Below are positions 1 through 8,354 of a DNA stretch of 64,000 bases, in pieces. This DNA comes from a virus. Position numbers and translations under genes: made by a program. The notes under the pieces were generated by a model that saw only the letters and a list, made by a program, of their open reading frames with translations, did no database searches and was not told the DNA's origin. Numbering within the stretch: the first letter of the stretch is position 1; each line of letters opens with the position of its first letter. The DNA lies in the IMG/VR virus record IMGVR_UViG_3300024264_000015, positions 1 to 64,000 of that record. One strand, given 5' to 3'.

Positions 1-1
1 A

Positions 2-173
2 GTGATGCGAAATAAGCAGTGCACCTTCGATTGAAGTTTGTAATATCCATCACCTCTAGTTACGCAGTGGACAGGTTCGTGAGTAATTCCAACACGACCA
101 CTTTAAACAACAAAAACTTTGGATGGAGAGCGAAGTAGTAGGGCAAGTCCCACGCTTTTCTCTCCATTTTTTT
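2..173 (+). ncRNA. 3' part of a structured non-coding RNA or UTR ending in an intrinsic terminator (truncated by window start)
   Basis: Stems gtgatg(2-7)/catcac(48-53), agtgg..tcgtg(66-81)/cacga.ccact(93-102), atggagag(123-130)/ctctccat(160-167) followed by a T-run; no ORF. Confidence 0.4.
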
Positions 174-215
174 GCTTCACACTTCCTTAACATCAAAATT
201 CTTTATGTTAATTCA

Positions 216-253
216 AAATAGTTCTTGACAAACCCCTCAAACATCTGTATAAT
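216..253 (+). promoter_or_regulatory. sigma70-type phage promoter
   Basis: aaaatagttcTTGACA(225-230)-17 nt-TATAAT(248-253); the same extended motif recurs through the window. Confidence 0.9.
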
Positions 254-378
254 ATCTATATGAAAAGAAAAAGGAAACCACATTTTCCTAGATGAATGAG
301 TGTGGAGGTTATGTCTGAACATACACTGAGGGATGAAAATGCCCTCCCCAATTTAACAATATAACAAAGGAGAGCATT

Positions 379-600
379 ATGCCAATAAAATTTAAACCAA
401 GTGCAAAGAAATACGTCAGAGGCGTACCAGCAAGTAAATTACCTATGGAACACTTCTACATCAAAAACACACCAAAACAAGAGTTGTTTGAGTACATCAA
501 CGACAGAGGTTCAAACATGAAACCTAAAGTAAGACAGAAGTGTCTAAACGAACTAGTCCGCAGAGGTATAGTTATCGAGTGGAGCGAGGTGCAGTCATGA
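379..600 (+). CDS. hypothetical protein
   Basis: ORF with AAGGAG SD. Confidence 0.8.
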   Translation: MPIKFKPSAKKYVRGVPASKLPMEHFYIKNTPKQELFEYINDRGSNMKPKVRQKCLNELVRRGIVIEWSEVQS

Positions 601-734
601 AATGGGGTGGTAAAGCAAAACACGTAAGCATAGTGAAGAAAACATCACAAGGCGATTCACATAGAAATATGTCCCTCAACAAGAACAAACACAAGAAGCG
701 TTCGTTCAAGAAGTACAGAGGACAGGGCAGATAA
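597..734 (+). CDS. small basic protein (KKTSQG...KKYRGQGR)
   Basis: ATG at 597 overlaps the upstream stop (ATGA); start moved from the ORF-track value. Confidence 0.75.
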   Translation: MKWGGKAKHVSIVKKTSQGDSHRNMSLNKNKHKKRSFKKYRGQGR

Positions 735-952
735 TGGGAATTGTAATTCAGTTTCCAGACAGGAAGAAATTACAACTCCTTGAACTACAGGAAGAACTCA
801 AGGTGCAGGAAGAAGAAATTCAAATGTGCCTTGACGACTTACAAGATTTAAACGAACATATAGTAGAGTTGACAATGGAGTACGAAACTCTGTTGAACCA
901 CTTATGTAAATTACAGGGCATTAAATTGCCTGAGGAAAGATTCAATGACTAA
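734..952 (+). CDS. hypothetical coiled-coil protein
   Basis: TAATG-coupled ORF, heptad L/E-rich. Confidence 0.75.
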   Translation: MGIVIQFPDRKKLQLLELQEELKVQEEEIQMCLDDLQDLNEHIVELTMEYETLLNHLCKLQGIKLPEERFND

Positions 953-1073
953 AAAAGCAAAACAATTAGAACAGCACATACGAGATATGAAGTATCGTAT
1001 GGAACTAGTAAGAACAATAGTGCCAGTATTAGTACTAATTCTACAGGTTTTTATACTTGGGAAAATACTATGA
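945..1073 (+). CDS. 42-aa membrane peptide (not in ORF track)
   Basis: MTKKAKQLEQHIRDMKYRMELVRTIVPVLVLILQVFILGKIL; fills the gap, coupled to both neighbours, C-terminal TM. Confidence 0.7.
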   Translation: MTKKAKQLEQHIRDMKYRMELVRTIVPVLVLILQVFILGKIL

Positions 1074-1348
1074 AGCAAGGCAGTATGCAGTATGACCAGT
1101 ATGGTCGTAAAAGAAAAGTAGGTCATCTCTACAAGAGTACAAAAGCGAAACCAAGTTTCGATGTACAGATGAAGAAAAAATTTAGAGAAGTGAGTGATAT
1201 CCCGAGTGCACCAGTGGGAGAATATACTGTGCCTAAGGATAACTCATACAAACAAGACATCAGTAAGCAATACACGGTATCGATTGCTTATAACAAAGGT
1301 GCATATCAAGTGATACCTAAAGGAGAAGTGAAAGACATTGGCAAATAA
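1070..1348 (+). CDS. hypothetical protein (AYNKGAYQVI motif)
   Basis: Coupled ORF in the operon. Confidence 0.75.
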   Translation: MKQGSMQYDQYGRKRKVGHLYKSTKAKPSFDVQMKKKFREVSDIPSAPVGEYTVPKDNSYKQDISKQYTVSIAYNKGAYQVIPKGEVKDIGK

Positions 1349-1595
1349 ATATAATAGACACTATGCAGTAGGCATGGAAGCGAATGGTAGTAAAATAAAG
1401 TCCATTAACTACCCTTTAGACACCGAACGTAAATTTCCACACTGGGATTGTCCAGCAAGGAACTGTAAACATATGTGGATAGAGTTAAAAAATGGCAATA
1501 TACTAAGAGATGATGAACTTATACTCAAAAAAGAGTGGGATATGATTGAGAAAGCAGAGAAGTTCATATCTGAAATTAGTGGAGGTGTAGCATAA
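1338..1595 (+). CDS. hypothetical protein
   Basis: ORF in the operon. Confidence 0.7.
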   Translation: MANKYNRHYAVGMEANGSKIKSINYPLDTERKFPHWDCPARNCKHMWIELKNGNILRDDELILKKEWDMIEKAEKFISEISGGVA

Positions 1596-2029
1596 TGAGT
1601 AAGATTAATGATTACGCTAGGTTTGTTGACAGTTGCACATCTGAAACAAGTAAAGATACGACTAAAATGTGTGATAGATTGGACAAACTAATGGGAAACC
1701 ATACAGTGCAGAACGGTAAACTAATAGAGTGCGAAATCGACATGGCAAGATTGATGACTGCACTGATAGGAATGATGGCAGAGTCAGGAGAATTTGCTGA
1801 GGTAGTGAAAAAGAAAGTATTTCAGAACAATACACAGTTCACAAACGATGAGATTTTTCACATGAAAAGAGAGTTGGGTGACGTACTTTGGTACTGGGTT
1901 CAAGGGTGTATAGCACTTGGGTTTACTCCAGACGAAGTAATGGACGAGAACATTAATAAACTAGAGAGTAGATATCCGAATGGATTTGAAATCATACGCT
2001 CAGAAGTAAGAGCAGAGGGAGACATATAA
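1595..2029 (+). CDS. mazG: MazG-like nucleotide pyrophosphohydrolase
   Basis: ESGEFAEVVKK...ELGDVLWY...NINKLESRYPNGF. Confidence 0.85.
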   Translation: MSKINDYARFVDSCTSETSKDTTKMCDRLDKLMGNHTVQNGKLIECEIDMARLMTALIGMMAESGEFAEVVKKKVFQNNTQFTNDEIFHMKRELGDVLWYWVQGCIALGFTPDEVMDENINKLESRYPNGFEIIRSEVRAEGDI

Positions 2030-2661
2030 TGGCAAATCATGTATATTTTACAATACACATAGAAGGTATTGAAGATGAGCAGTTCAATAACTCAGTAATA
2101 AGTGAGAAAAGGACTAGAAAGGACTATGATGGCAACCCCTATGAAGTAACAGAGTTGGTTGAGATAGAACATCAACCATTCATGTCCGAAGTAGGAAAAC
2201 GATTGGACAAAGATGGAGAGTTAGAAGACTCATACAACTGGTACTGTGAAGAAGTAGGTGCTAAATGGTGTTGCATTGACGAAATGCAAGATGGATATAT
2301 TGCTGGCTACAGTGCTTGGAGACAACCACATGAGTTAGTAATAAATATAATTGAATACTTTGCAAAGAAGTATGATACTGAAGTGACTGCAAGTATGACT
2401 TATGAAGATGAGTTTAGAAACTTCATGGGTAAGCAGTACTATGGTTCTGACAAGTGCGAAGAGGATGGTTGGTATGGACATGACGGAGACTACAGCGAGA
2501 CTGATGGTGATGAACTCTTAGAACAGTTTAAGGAATTATATCCTAGTATCGACACTGAAGATGAAGACTTTTGGAGTAACGAGTACGAAGTCGAAGGAGA
2601 AAAGATATATCCTAGTGAAGTGCTAGATGAATTAGCAGACCAATTCTGGGAGAGAGCATAA
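2029..2661 (+). CDS. acidic protein, DUF1281/YubB ferredoxin-like fold (tentative)
   Basis: MANHV start; W..GAKW; SAWxxP; TYEDE motifs. Confidence 0.5.
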   Translation: MANHVYFTIHIEGIEDEQFNNSVISEKRTRKDYDGNPYEVTELVEIEHQPFMSEVGKRLDKDGELEDSYNWYCEEVGAKWCCIDEMQDGYIAGYSAWRQPHELVINIIEYFAKKYDTEVTASMTYEDEFRNFMGKQYYGSDKCEEDGWYGHDGDYSETDGDELLEQFKELYPSIDTEDEDFWSNEYEVEGEKIYPSEVLDELADQFWERA

Positions 2662-2906
2662 TGACGGAACATACAGACATAGTAGAAAAACGAAGACTCT
2701 ATCTAGAAGCAGAAGATTGGGGTAATAAAATATCCCAACACTACTGTACTAAAGGTGGTAGAGGAGACTTAGGTTTTGGAATGGGTTACTTTGTATATTA
2801 TAACAATGGAGCAGTACATAAACTAGAAGGAAAGAGGATAAGTATAGTGCAAGTTCCTAAGAGTATAGAAGAAGTCATTGACGACTACGGAAGGAGTCAA
2901 GCATGA
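2661..2906 (+). CDS. hypothetical protein
   Basis: Coupled ORF. Confidence 0.7.
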   Translation: MTEHTDIVEKRRLYLEAEDWGNKISQHYCTKGGRGDLGFGMGYFVYYNNGAVHKLEGKRISIVQVPKSIEEVIDDYGRSQA

Positions 2907-3217
2907 TTAACTACACACAAGACCAAGTAGAGTATATAACTAACCAATATAGACTTAAACCTGATAGAGATACAGTAGAAAAACTAGCAGAAGAACTAGA
3001 TAAGAGTGTAAAATCGATTATAGGTAAACTATCAAGAGAAGGAGTCTATAGAAAGACTGAATATACAACCAAAGCGGGTGAGAAACCAGTCACGAAACTA
3101 GAAATAGTCCAAGAAATGGCTGACCTACTAGAAATACCAGTAGAAAAACTATTAGGACTAGAAAAATCACCAAAAACAGTACTAAAACTATTAAGAAATT
3201 CACTAGGAGAAGAATAA
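2903..3217 (+). CDS. T5 A2-like DNA-binding protein
   Basis: NYT..VEKLAEELDKSVKSIIGKLSREGVY..LEKSPKTVL resembles the T5-like A2 family. Confidence 0.6.
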   Translation: MINYTQDQVEYITNQYRLKPDRDTVEKLAEELDKSVKSIIGKLSREGVYRKTEYTTKAGEKPVTKLEIVQEMADLLEIPVEKLLGLEKSPKTVLKLLRNSLGEE

Positions 3218-3426
3218 TGAGATTATGTAAGTTAGTAAAAGCTGGAGAGAACATGAAAATCATAGGTGAGCATGGATTATATGCAGAAGTGATAGAGTTG
3301 TTCGAAAGTCCCAGCGGGTATAAAGCACGACTAAAGTTCGGAGATGATTGGAAAACTGAGCTAAGTGTGAAGCGTCTAAGAATGATACAAGACCCCAACG
3401 TGGTAAGAAGTCCTCATGCAATCTAA
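3217..3426 (+). CDS. hypothetical protein
   Basis: Coupled ORF with GGAG SD. Confidence 0.7.
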   Translation: MRLCKLVKAGENMKIIGEHGLYAEVIELFESPSGYKARLKFGDDWKTELSVKRLRMIQDPNVVRSPHAI

Positions 3427-3459
3427 AGGCTAAGGGACAAATTTACGAAAGTTACCTAT

Positions 3460-3484
3460 AACCCACTCTTGCAGTGGGTTTTTT
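3460..3484 (+). terminator. intrinsic terminator
   Basis: aacccact-cttgc-agtgggtt then T-run, after the last + strand gene. Confidence 0.85.
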
Positions 3485-3489
3485 ATTGC

Positions 3490-3762
3490 CTCAAAAAAAT
3501 TTTGAATTGGCGAAAGTTTATAGAATTTTAGATAAGTTTTTAGTAATTGTTGATTAGATTGAAAGTTAATGGACTTTAGAGTTAAGTCCAGTTGATACTT
3601 GGTTGTATCTTGTTGATATTGATTATACAATTAACACTCTGTTCTTGTCCCAGATTAGATGCTCAGCTGTCACTCTCGCTTACGCTTCGTTCCAGCTTCT
3701 CAGCATCAGTTAGGACTAACGAGTGTAATCGGTAGTTCGTATTGACTGTATATCAAATTTAT
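3490..3762 (-). ncRNA. candidate structured ncRNA or origin-like element
   Basis: Own - strand promoter; long stem-loop 3634-3726 plus smaller hairpins; no credible ORF. Confidence 0.45.
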
Positions 3763-3768
3763 GAATAT

Positions 3769-3797
3769 ATTTTATCACACTTTTTATCATAATGCAA
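3769..3797 (-). promoter_or_regulatory. sigma70-type promoter (variant)
   Basis: On - strand cttcTTGCAT-17 nt-TAAAAT. Confidence 0.7.
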
Positions 3798-3921
3798 GAA
3801 GTGTTTTTCGAAGGGGTATGATTTTGTTTGTTGTTTTGCCTTTAGCGAATGATAAAATATTTTCTTTTATGAGGGATAGTTGAGTTGTTATGTGATTTTG
3901 TTCTATTGATTTTCATGGAGG

Positions 3922-4149
3922 TCACGAACGTTTTGTAATTCTACGAAATCTCTCGCGTTCAAAGAGTTTTCGTGCCTCTAATTCTCGTGAACGCTTTCGA
4001 TAATTGTTCGTTTCATTTCTTTTAGCGTTGGGTTTTATGTAATATTTTCTGTTTCTGCACTCCTCTTTTATCCCAGCGTTATCACACTTTTTCCGAAAGA
4101 TTCGAAGTCCTTTTTCGAAACTCATTCCTTTTAACTCAACTTTTGGCAT
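3922..4149 (-). CDS. rpsU: 30S ribosomal protein bS21
   Basis: MPKVELKGMSFEKGLRIFRKKCDNAGIKEECRNRKYYIKPNAKR; AGGAGG SD before ATG 4149. Confidence 0.85.
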   Translation of the reverse strand: MPKVELKGMSFEKGLRIFRKKCDNAGIKEECRNRKYYIKPNAKRNETNNYRKRSRELEARKLFERERFRRITKRS

Positions 4150-4312
4150 TTGCCCTCCTGTGAAAAGTCCATCCACGTTTTCGTAGATAGTATACTTGTG
4201 AGGCGATTTGTGACGTACTTCTGTCCAGCTGTTTTGCAATATCTTCTGTTGACATACGATTGTAGTGTCTTTTCAAAAAATCTTTTTCTACCATTGTCCA
4301 TGTTTTATTCAT
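4136..4312 (-). CDS. 58-aa HTH/Myb-like protein (not in ORF track)
   Basis: MNKTWTMVEKDFLKRHYNRMSTEDIAKQLDRSTSQIASQVYYLRKRGW; overlaps both neighbours. Confidence 0.75.
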   Translation of the reverse strand: MNKTWTMVEKDFLKRHYNRMSTEDIAKQLDRSTSQIASQVYYLRKRGWTFHRRANAKS

Positions 4313-4811
4313 AAATTGTTACCACCATCATTGTTCTATGTCCCACTTTCGGATAGTAATGAAAGTGAGTACGGTTTTTAAATAAAAGTGCTTTCCATTG
4401 CTCTGGATAGCAAACGTGTTCTATTTTGCCATCATCTCCAATTACAACGGTTGCACTCGTGTTATCGAGTGGTTGATTGAGACAAAGTAGAAAATTATAA
4501 TATTCTCCACTGTGGTCTCTGTGAGGTAAACATTTGACTTGTCCATTGGGAAAAGTATTGTTTATACGAAATGTTTCTATTTTATCTAGGTCTACTTCTT
4601 TTCCAAAGTGTTTTTGCCAAAAAGCATCGAGAACATCAATCCACTCTGTTTCGTGTTCATCAATTAGGTGCATTTTGTCAGCAACAAAGAAAGGACTCAG
4701 GTGAACTGGGTCAACGTTCCAAGGTAATAATCTAAATAGAGTTTGGTCAGTATAAGTAGTAATCTGCTCTTTTAGTTCTTTTGATAAGAAATTTTTATCC
4801 TCAATTATCAT
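4305..4811 (-). CDS. 2OG-Fe(II) oxygenase-like protein
   Basis: HRD...H...R pattern; IIEDKNFL N-terminus. Confidence 0.65.
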   Translation of the reverse strand: MIIEDKNFLSKELKEQITTYTDQTLFRLLPWNVDPVHLSPFFVADKMHLIDEHETEWIDVLDAFWQKHFGKEVDLDKIETFRINNTFPNGQVKCLPHRDHSGEYYNFLLCLNQPLDNTSATVVIGDDGKIEHVCYPEQWKALLFKNRTHFHYYPKVGHRTMMVVTIYE

Positions 4812-5340
4812 AGTAAAATGTTCCTACAAGTACTACTCTTATTCCTTTTTTGGGTAATAAAAATGTATGTTTCAGATTAGAGAAAAGAAGTGAAGCTCCT
4901 GCTTTTGCTGGAAACTTATGTTCTTTGCCTTCTTCATCAAAAACGATAGTAGACAATTCAGGATTATTTGTTATATAAGTAATCATACTATAACAGTTTT
5001 TCTGATTCCAATGAAAGTCTCTGTGTATATTGACATCTACATCTCTAGAATAGTTTACATTGATACAAAGTCTGTTAACGTAATCTGGTTTTGGCATACC
5101 CATCTTTTCTAGTATACCATACCATATATCTACCATCTGTTGTCTATCTTCTTCTATGTTTACTGGATAATCTCTTAAAGGTTCTCTTGCTGGTTCATTT
5201 TTAGTAATAAAATGAGATGCAAACATTCCAAGTTCATCATCATCTGTAAAATTTAAAGAGAATTGATACCTTAATTTATCAAAGAATAGCCCGAAATGCG
5301 ATTCCGTTATATTTAGTGTATTTTCTAGATATTTTATCAT
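4801..5340 (-). CDS. 2OG-Fe(II) oxygenase-like protein, leaderless
   Basis: HRD...KH...RVVLV; ATG 5340 lies 7 nt past the -10 box. Confidence 0.65.
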   Translation of the reverse strand: MIKYLENTLNITESHFGLFFDKLRYQFSLNFTDDDELGMFASHFITKNEPAREPLRDYPVNIEEDRQQMVDIWYGILEKMGMPKPDYVNRLCINVNYSRDVDVNIHRDFHWNQKNCYSMITYITNNPELSTIVFDEEGKEHKFPAKAGASLLFSNLKHTFLLPKKGIRVVLVGTFYYDN

Positions 5341-5346
5341 ACGAAT

Positions 5347-5385
5347 ATTATACAAAAATTTTTAATTGCTGTCAAGAACTATTTT
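5347..5385 (-). promoter_or_regulatory. sigma70 promoter of the oxygenase-rpsU operon
   Basis: - strand aaaatagttcTTGACA(5370-5375)-17-TATAAT(5347-5352). Confidence 0.9.
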
Positions 5386-5406
5386 TAGATATGTTATAGA
5401 TTATTC

Positions 5407-5435
5407 TTGACTTATGCTCGCAAAGTTGCTATAAT
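5407..5435 (+). promoter_or_regulatory. sigma70 promoter, divergent partner
   Basis: TTGACT-17-TATAAT. Confidence 0.85.
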
Positions 5436-5441
5436 ATATCT

Positions 5442-5588
5442 ATGAATGAAAATGATATATACTATTTATTTTTCCTAGTGATGTGTGTACATATTGCTTA
5501 CTCATTAGGAAAACAATTCGGAATACAAACCACGATAGACTATTTAGAAAAGGAAGGAATTTTAGAGTTCGATGACTCTGAAAAATAG
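5442..5588 (+). CDS. 48-aa membrane peptide, leaderless (not in ORF track)
   Basis: MNENDIYYLFFLVMCVHIAYSLGKQFGIQTTIDYLEKEGILEFDDSEK. Confidence 0.7.
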   Translation: MNENDIYYLFFLVMCVHIAYSLGKQFGIQTTIDYLEKEGILEFDDSEK

Positions 5589-5620
5589 TTCTTGACATCA
5601 AGGTTAATTTTTGATATAAT
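5582..5620 (+). promoter_or_regulatory. sigma70 promoter of the hsp20/lysis region
   Basis: aaaatagttcTTGACA(5592-5597)-17-TATAAT(5615-5620). Confidence 0.9.
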
Positions 5621-5626
5621 TATTTT

Positions 5627-5699
5627 GTAAGTGATAGTTTCACTTGCATATTGGTGCGTCTACCGAAAGGAGACGTGAATTATTTACTGAAAAGGAATT
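5627..5699 (+). promoter_or_regulatory. three-hairpin 5' UTR, candidate RNA thermometer
   Basis: gtaagtga/tcacttgc; gcgtct..gaaa..agacgt; weak aattattt/aaaggaatt stem over the SD. Confidence 0.45.
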
Positions 5700-6092
5700 A
5701 TGGAGAAAAATATGAGTATAGATTTAAGCAAATTTTGGCTTGGATTGGATATGCCCACATTACCGTCTTACACGGATGCAGCATATCCACGATATAACTT
5801 AATCGAAAAGGCAGGAGACTATCGTATAGAAGTCGCAGTGCCAGGATGGAGCAAAGATGAGTTGGAGATTGTTTTTGATAACAAAGAACTCCACATCAAG
5901 GGTAAAAAAGAAACAAAACTAGGAGAAGATGAGAATTTTATTCATCAAGGACTAAGTCTAAAATCTTTTGAACGAAGATTTATTCTAAACGCCGACCTAC
6001 AAGTAGAGAAAGTAAGTCTACAAGACGGATTGTTGACAATCACACTGTTACGAACTCCAGATTCCAAGAGAAAAATCTTGGAGATTAGTTGA
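5700..6092 (+). CDS. small heat-shock protein Hsp20 (IbpA-like)
   Basis: YPRYNLIE..YRIEVAVPGW..HQGLS..FERRF..LQDGLLTI. Confidence 0.92.
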   Translation: MEKNMSIDLSKFWLGLDMPTLPSYTDAAYPRYNLIEKAGDYRIEVAVPGWSKDELEIVFDNKELHIKGKKETKLGEDENFIHQGLSLKSFERRFILNADLQVEKVSLQDGLLTITLLRTPDSKRKILEIS

Positions 6093-6220
6093 TGAGAACA
6101 TTATCAAAAGTTCGTGATAGTATATGTGAGAATGGAGAGTTTTGCAACATGATTGCAAATGCAACTCTAGCGTGTGCCTTTGGAGGCATAATGGTGAATT
6201 CCATTGCCATTCTTACTTAA
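6092..6220 (+). CDS. 42-aa hydrophobic peptide (not in ORF track)
   Basis: TGATG-coupled to hsp20; MRTLSKVRDSICENGEFCNMIANATLACAFGGIMVNSIAILT. Confidence 0.6.
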   Translation: MRTLSKVRDSICENGEFCNMIANATLACAFGGIMVNSIAILT

Positions 6221-6272
6221 ACTGTCAGAATGTATTAGGGGAGCTTTGGCTCCCCAACCTATAAAGGAAAAT

Positions 6273-6716
6273 ATGAAAATATCAGAAGAAGGAAAAAGTT
6301 TAATTAAAAAATTTGAAGGCTGTGAATTAGAAGCATATAAGTGTGCTGCTGGTGTGTGGACTATTGGTTATGGTCACATCAAAACAGCTGTAGAGGGAAT
6401 GAAAATCGACCAAGCAACAGCAGATGAATTGTTTGATGAGGAAATAGTAGAGTATGAAAACTATGTGAACACAGCAGTATCTGTTCCACTATCTCAGAAT
6501 CAATTCGATGCAATTGTGTCTTGGGTGTTCAATCTCGGTAATGGCAACCTTCAAGCTTCAACTATGTTGAAAGTCCTCAACTCTGGCGACCATGCCGGAG
6601 TACCAGCTCAAATCAAAAGGTGGAACAAAGCTGGTGGTAAAGTACTAGAAGGACTCATTAGAAGAAGGGAAGCAGAAGCATTACTTTACGAAGGTAACGA
6701 GTGGAGCCATATCTAA
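6273..6716 (+). CDS. endolysin, GH24 lysozyme
   Basis: FEGCELEAYKCAAGVWTIGYGH..QFDAIVSWVFNLG..GLIRRREAE; AAGGA SD. Confidence 0.93.
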   Translation: MKISEEGKSLIKKFEGCELEAYKCAAGVWTIGYGHIKTAVEGMKIDQATADELFDEEIVEYENYVNTAVSVPLSQNQFDAIVSWVFNLGNGNLQASTMLKVLNSGDHAGVPAQIKRWNKAGGKVLEGLIRRREAEALLYEGNEWSHI

Positions 6717-7312
6717 ACTGGTTAGTAGATTATACTGACGAAGTATGGATGAATGGAAAAGTAATTCGTAGGGATTACTCAACCACTTTACCAAGAGGGA
6801 AGGAAATACTAAGTGAATTACTTAGCGTATTTCCCAATGTGATTTATGATGAAATAAATATTATTGGGAAGTATGATGGATATAGAAAACCTTATAAAGA
6901 ACCTAGTATTAGTTTATACAGATATGGTAAAAGACCTCCACTAGAAGAATATGGAATAGAAGGAGTGGGTTTAAATAGACCTTTACATTATGGACTTAAG
7001 TATGGACTAAATAGTAAGGAAATAATACTAAAAATACTAGTCAAACACCTAAAAACAAGTATAAAACTACCCAAACATTCAGAAGTTTGGTGCTATAGTA
7101 GAACTTATAGTAAAGAACAAGAGTATAATCAAAGTGATATATTTATAAAAACACATCACCACTACGAAGTAAGAAAATGGTGTGATGAAATGGGTATAGA
7201 ATACCCACACTCAATAAGTATGAGACCTTGGTGTTATGGAATACTGTTTAATAGAGATACTGATAAAGTAGTATCAATTAAAGGATATATAAAATATTAT
7301 GCAAGAATTTAG
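6701..7312 (+). CDS. hypothetical protein
   Basis: 203-aa coupled ORF. Confidence 0.75.
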   Translation: MEPYLNWLVDYTDEVWMNGKVIRRDYSTTLPRGKEILSELLSVFPNVIYDEINIIGKYDGYRKPYKEPSISLYRYGKRPPLEEYGIEGVGLNRPLHYGLKYGLNSKEIILKILVKHLKTSIKLPKHSEVWCYSRTYSKEQEYNQSDIFIKTHHHYEVRKWCDEMGIEYPHSISMRPWCYGILFNRDTDKVVSIKGYIKYYARI

Positions 7313-7538
7313 AGAAAAATTAAAAGAGTGGTGGAACTGGTTTAAGTCCCTGTTCATTACATATTATAAACTAGATGTTAGTTATAATCACACATGGGGC
7401 GACGCAGATGACCAGAGCTTTGTAGTTAAAAAATTCCACAAAAAACAAGAAAAATTCCTCTCATTCACTACACAAGATGGTGAGTTAGTAGAAATACGAG
7501 GTGCAGATGGATTAAACTATAGGATATCAGAACTATGA
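7299..7538 (+). CDS. hypothetical protein
   Basis: Coupled ORF. Confidence 0.7.
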   Translation: MQEFREKLKEWWNWFKSLFITYYKLDVSYNHTWGDADDQSFVVKKFHKKQEKFLSFTTQDGELVEIRGADGLNYRISEL

Positions 7539-7921
7539 ATCAATTAACAATAGGTGGATTGGTTGTATTAGGAGGTCTATGCTACTTTCTATACAGTCAG
7601 AATGAAACCTTAAAAGAAAACAATATTAAGTTAGAAAACGCAGTACAAGCCCAACAAGAGGCAATGGACACATTAAGAGAATCTTATGAAAAACAAGGTA
7701 AATCTTTAATGAATATGTCTAGAAGAAACTCAGAAATAGAAGCTGAGAAAGCAGAGTACCTTGCAATATTTAGCAGACACAATTTAGATATGTTAGCATT
7801 GAAAAAGCCTGGACTTATGTCAAACAGGTTCAACAATGGTAGTGAAAAAGTGATGGAGGGAATGGAAGATGATACAGAAAAGTTATACGAGCTTACTGTG
7901 CCTAGCACTGACGATAAGTAG
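7535..7921 (+). CDS. i-spanin (Rz-like)
   Basis: N-terminal TM plus coiled coil; overlaps a lipoprotein gene. Confidence 0.7.
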   Translation: MNQLTIGGLVVLGGLCYFLYSQNETLKENNIKLENAVQAQQEAMDTLRESYEKQGKSLMNMSRRNSEIEAEKAEYLAIFSRHNLDMLALKKPGLMSNRFNNGSEKVMEGMEDDTEKLYELTVPSTDDK

Positions 7922-8354
7922 TTGTAGTTTACTTCCTACTAAGAAAGTAGAGATAGTATCTAAACCACTAGAAATTGATATAATGCAACCAGACTTACCC
8001 CGACCACTAGAACTTACAGCTCCTAAATGGTGGGTAGTATCAGAAGCAAGGATAACAAATCCTTGTATCAAAAGAGTGCAAGATGATGGCAGTATGAAAA
8101 GACCTAAATCTTGTCTCAAAGAAGATACAGAAAATCCAGATTGGCCTGAAGGTTATACCTACCTAGACCAGTTTTTGGATGAAATGAAAGAACAAAACAA
8201 TGGAGAAGTACTTTTTGTAGGAACAACCATTGGAGATTATAAAGTCATGTCAGAAGATATGCAAGAGTTAAAAAGGTACATCAATCAACTAGGAGAAGTA
8301 GTAATATACTATCGAACAGTTACAGCTCCAAGCGAGATAAAAGATGAGAAATGA
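7869..8354 (+). CDS. o-spanin (Rz1-like lipoprotein)
   Basis: Lipobox LTISSC; Pro-rich segment. Confidence 0.7.
   Translation: MIQKSYTSLLCLALTISSCSLLPTKKVEIVSKPLEIDIMQPDLPRPLELTAPKWWVVSEARITNPCIKRVQDDGSMKRPKSCLKEDTENPDWPEGYTYLDQFLDEMKEQNNGEVLFVGTTIGDYKVMSEDMQELKRYINQLGEVVIYYRTVTAPSEIKDEK

Noticed and set aside
3430-3630. 66-aa - strand ORF
   Set aside because: TTG start without SD, runs through the opposing terminator; better explained as non-coding
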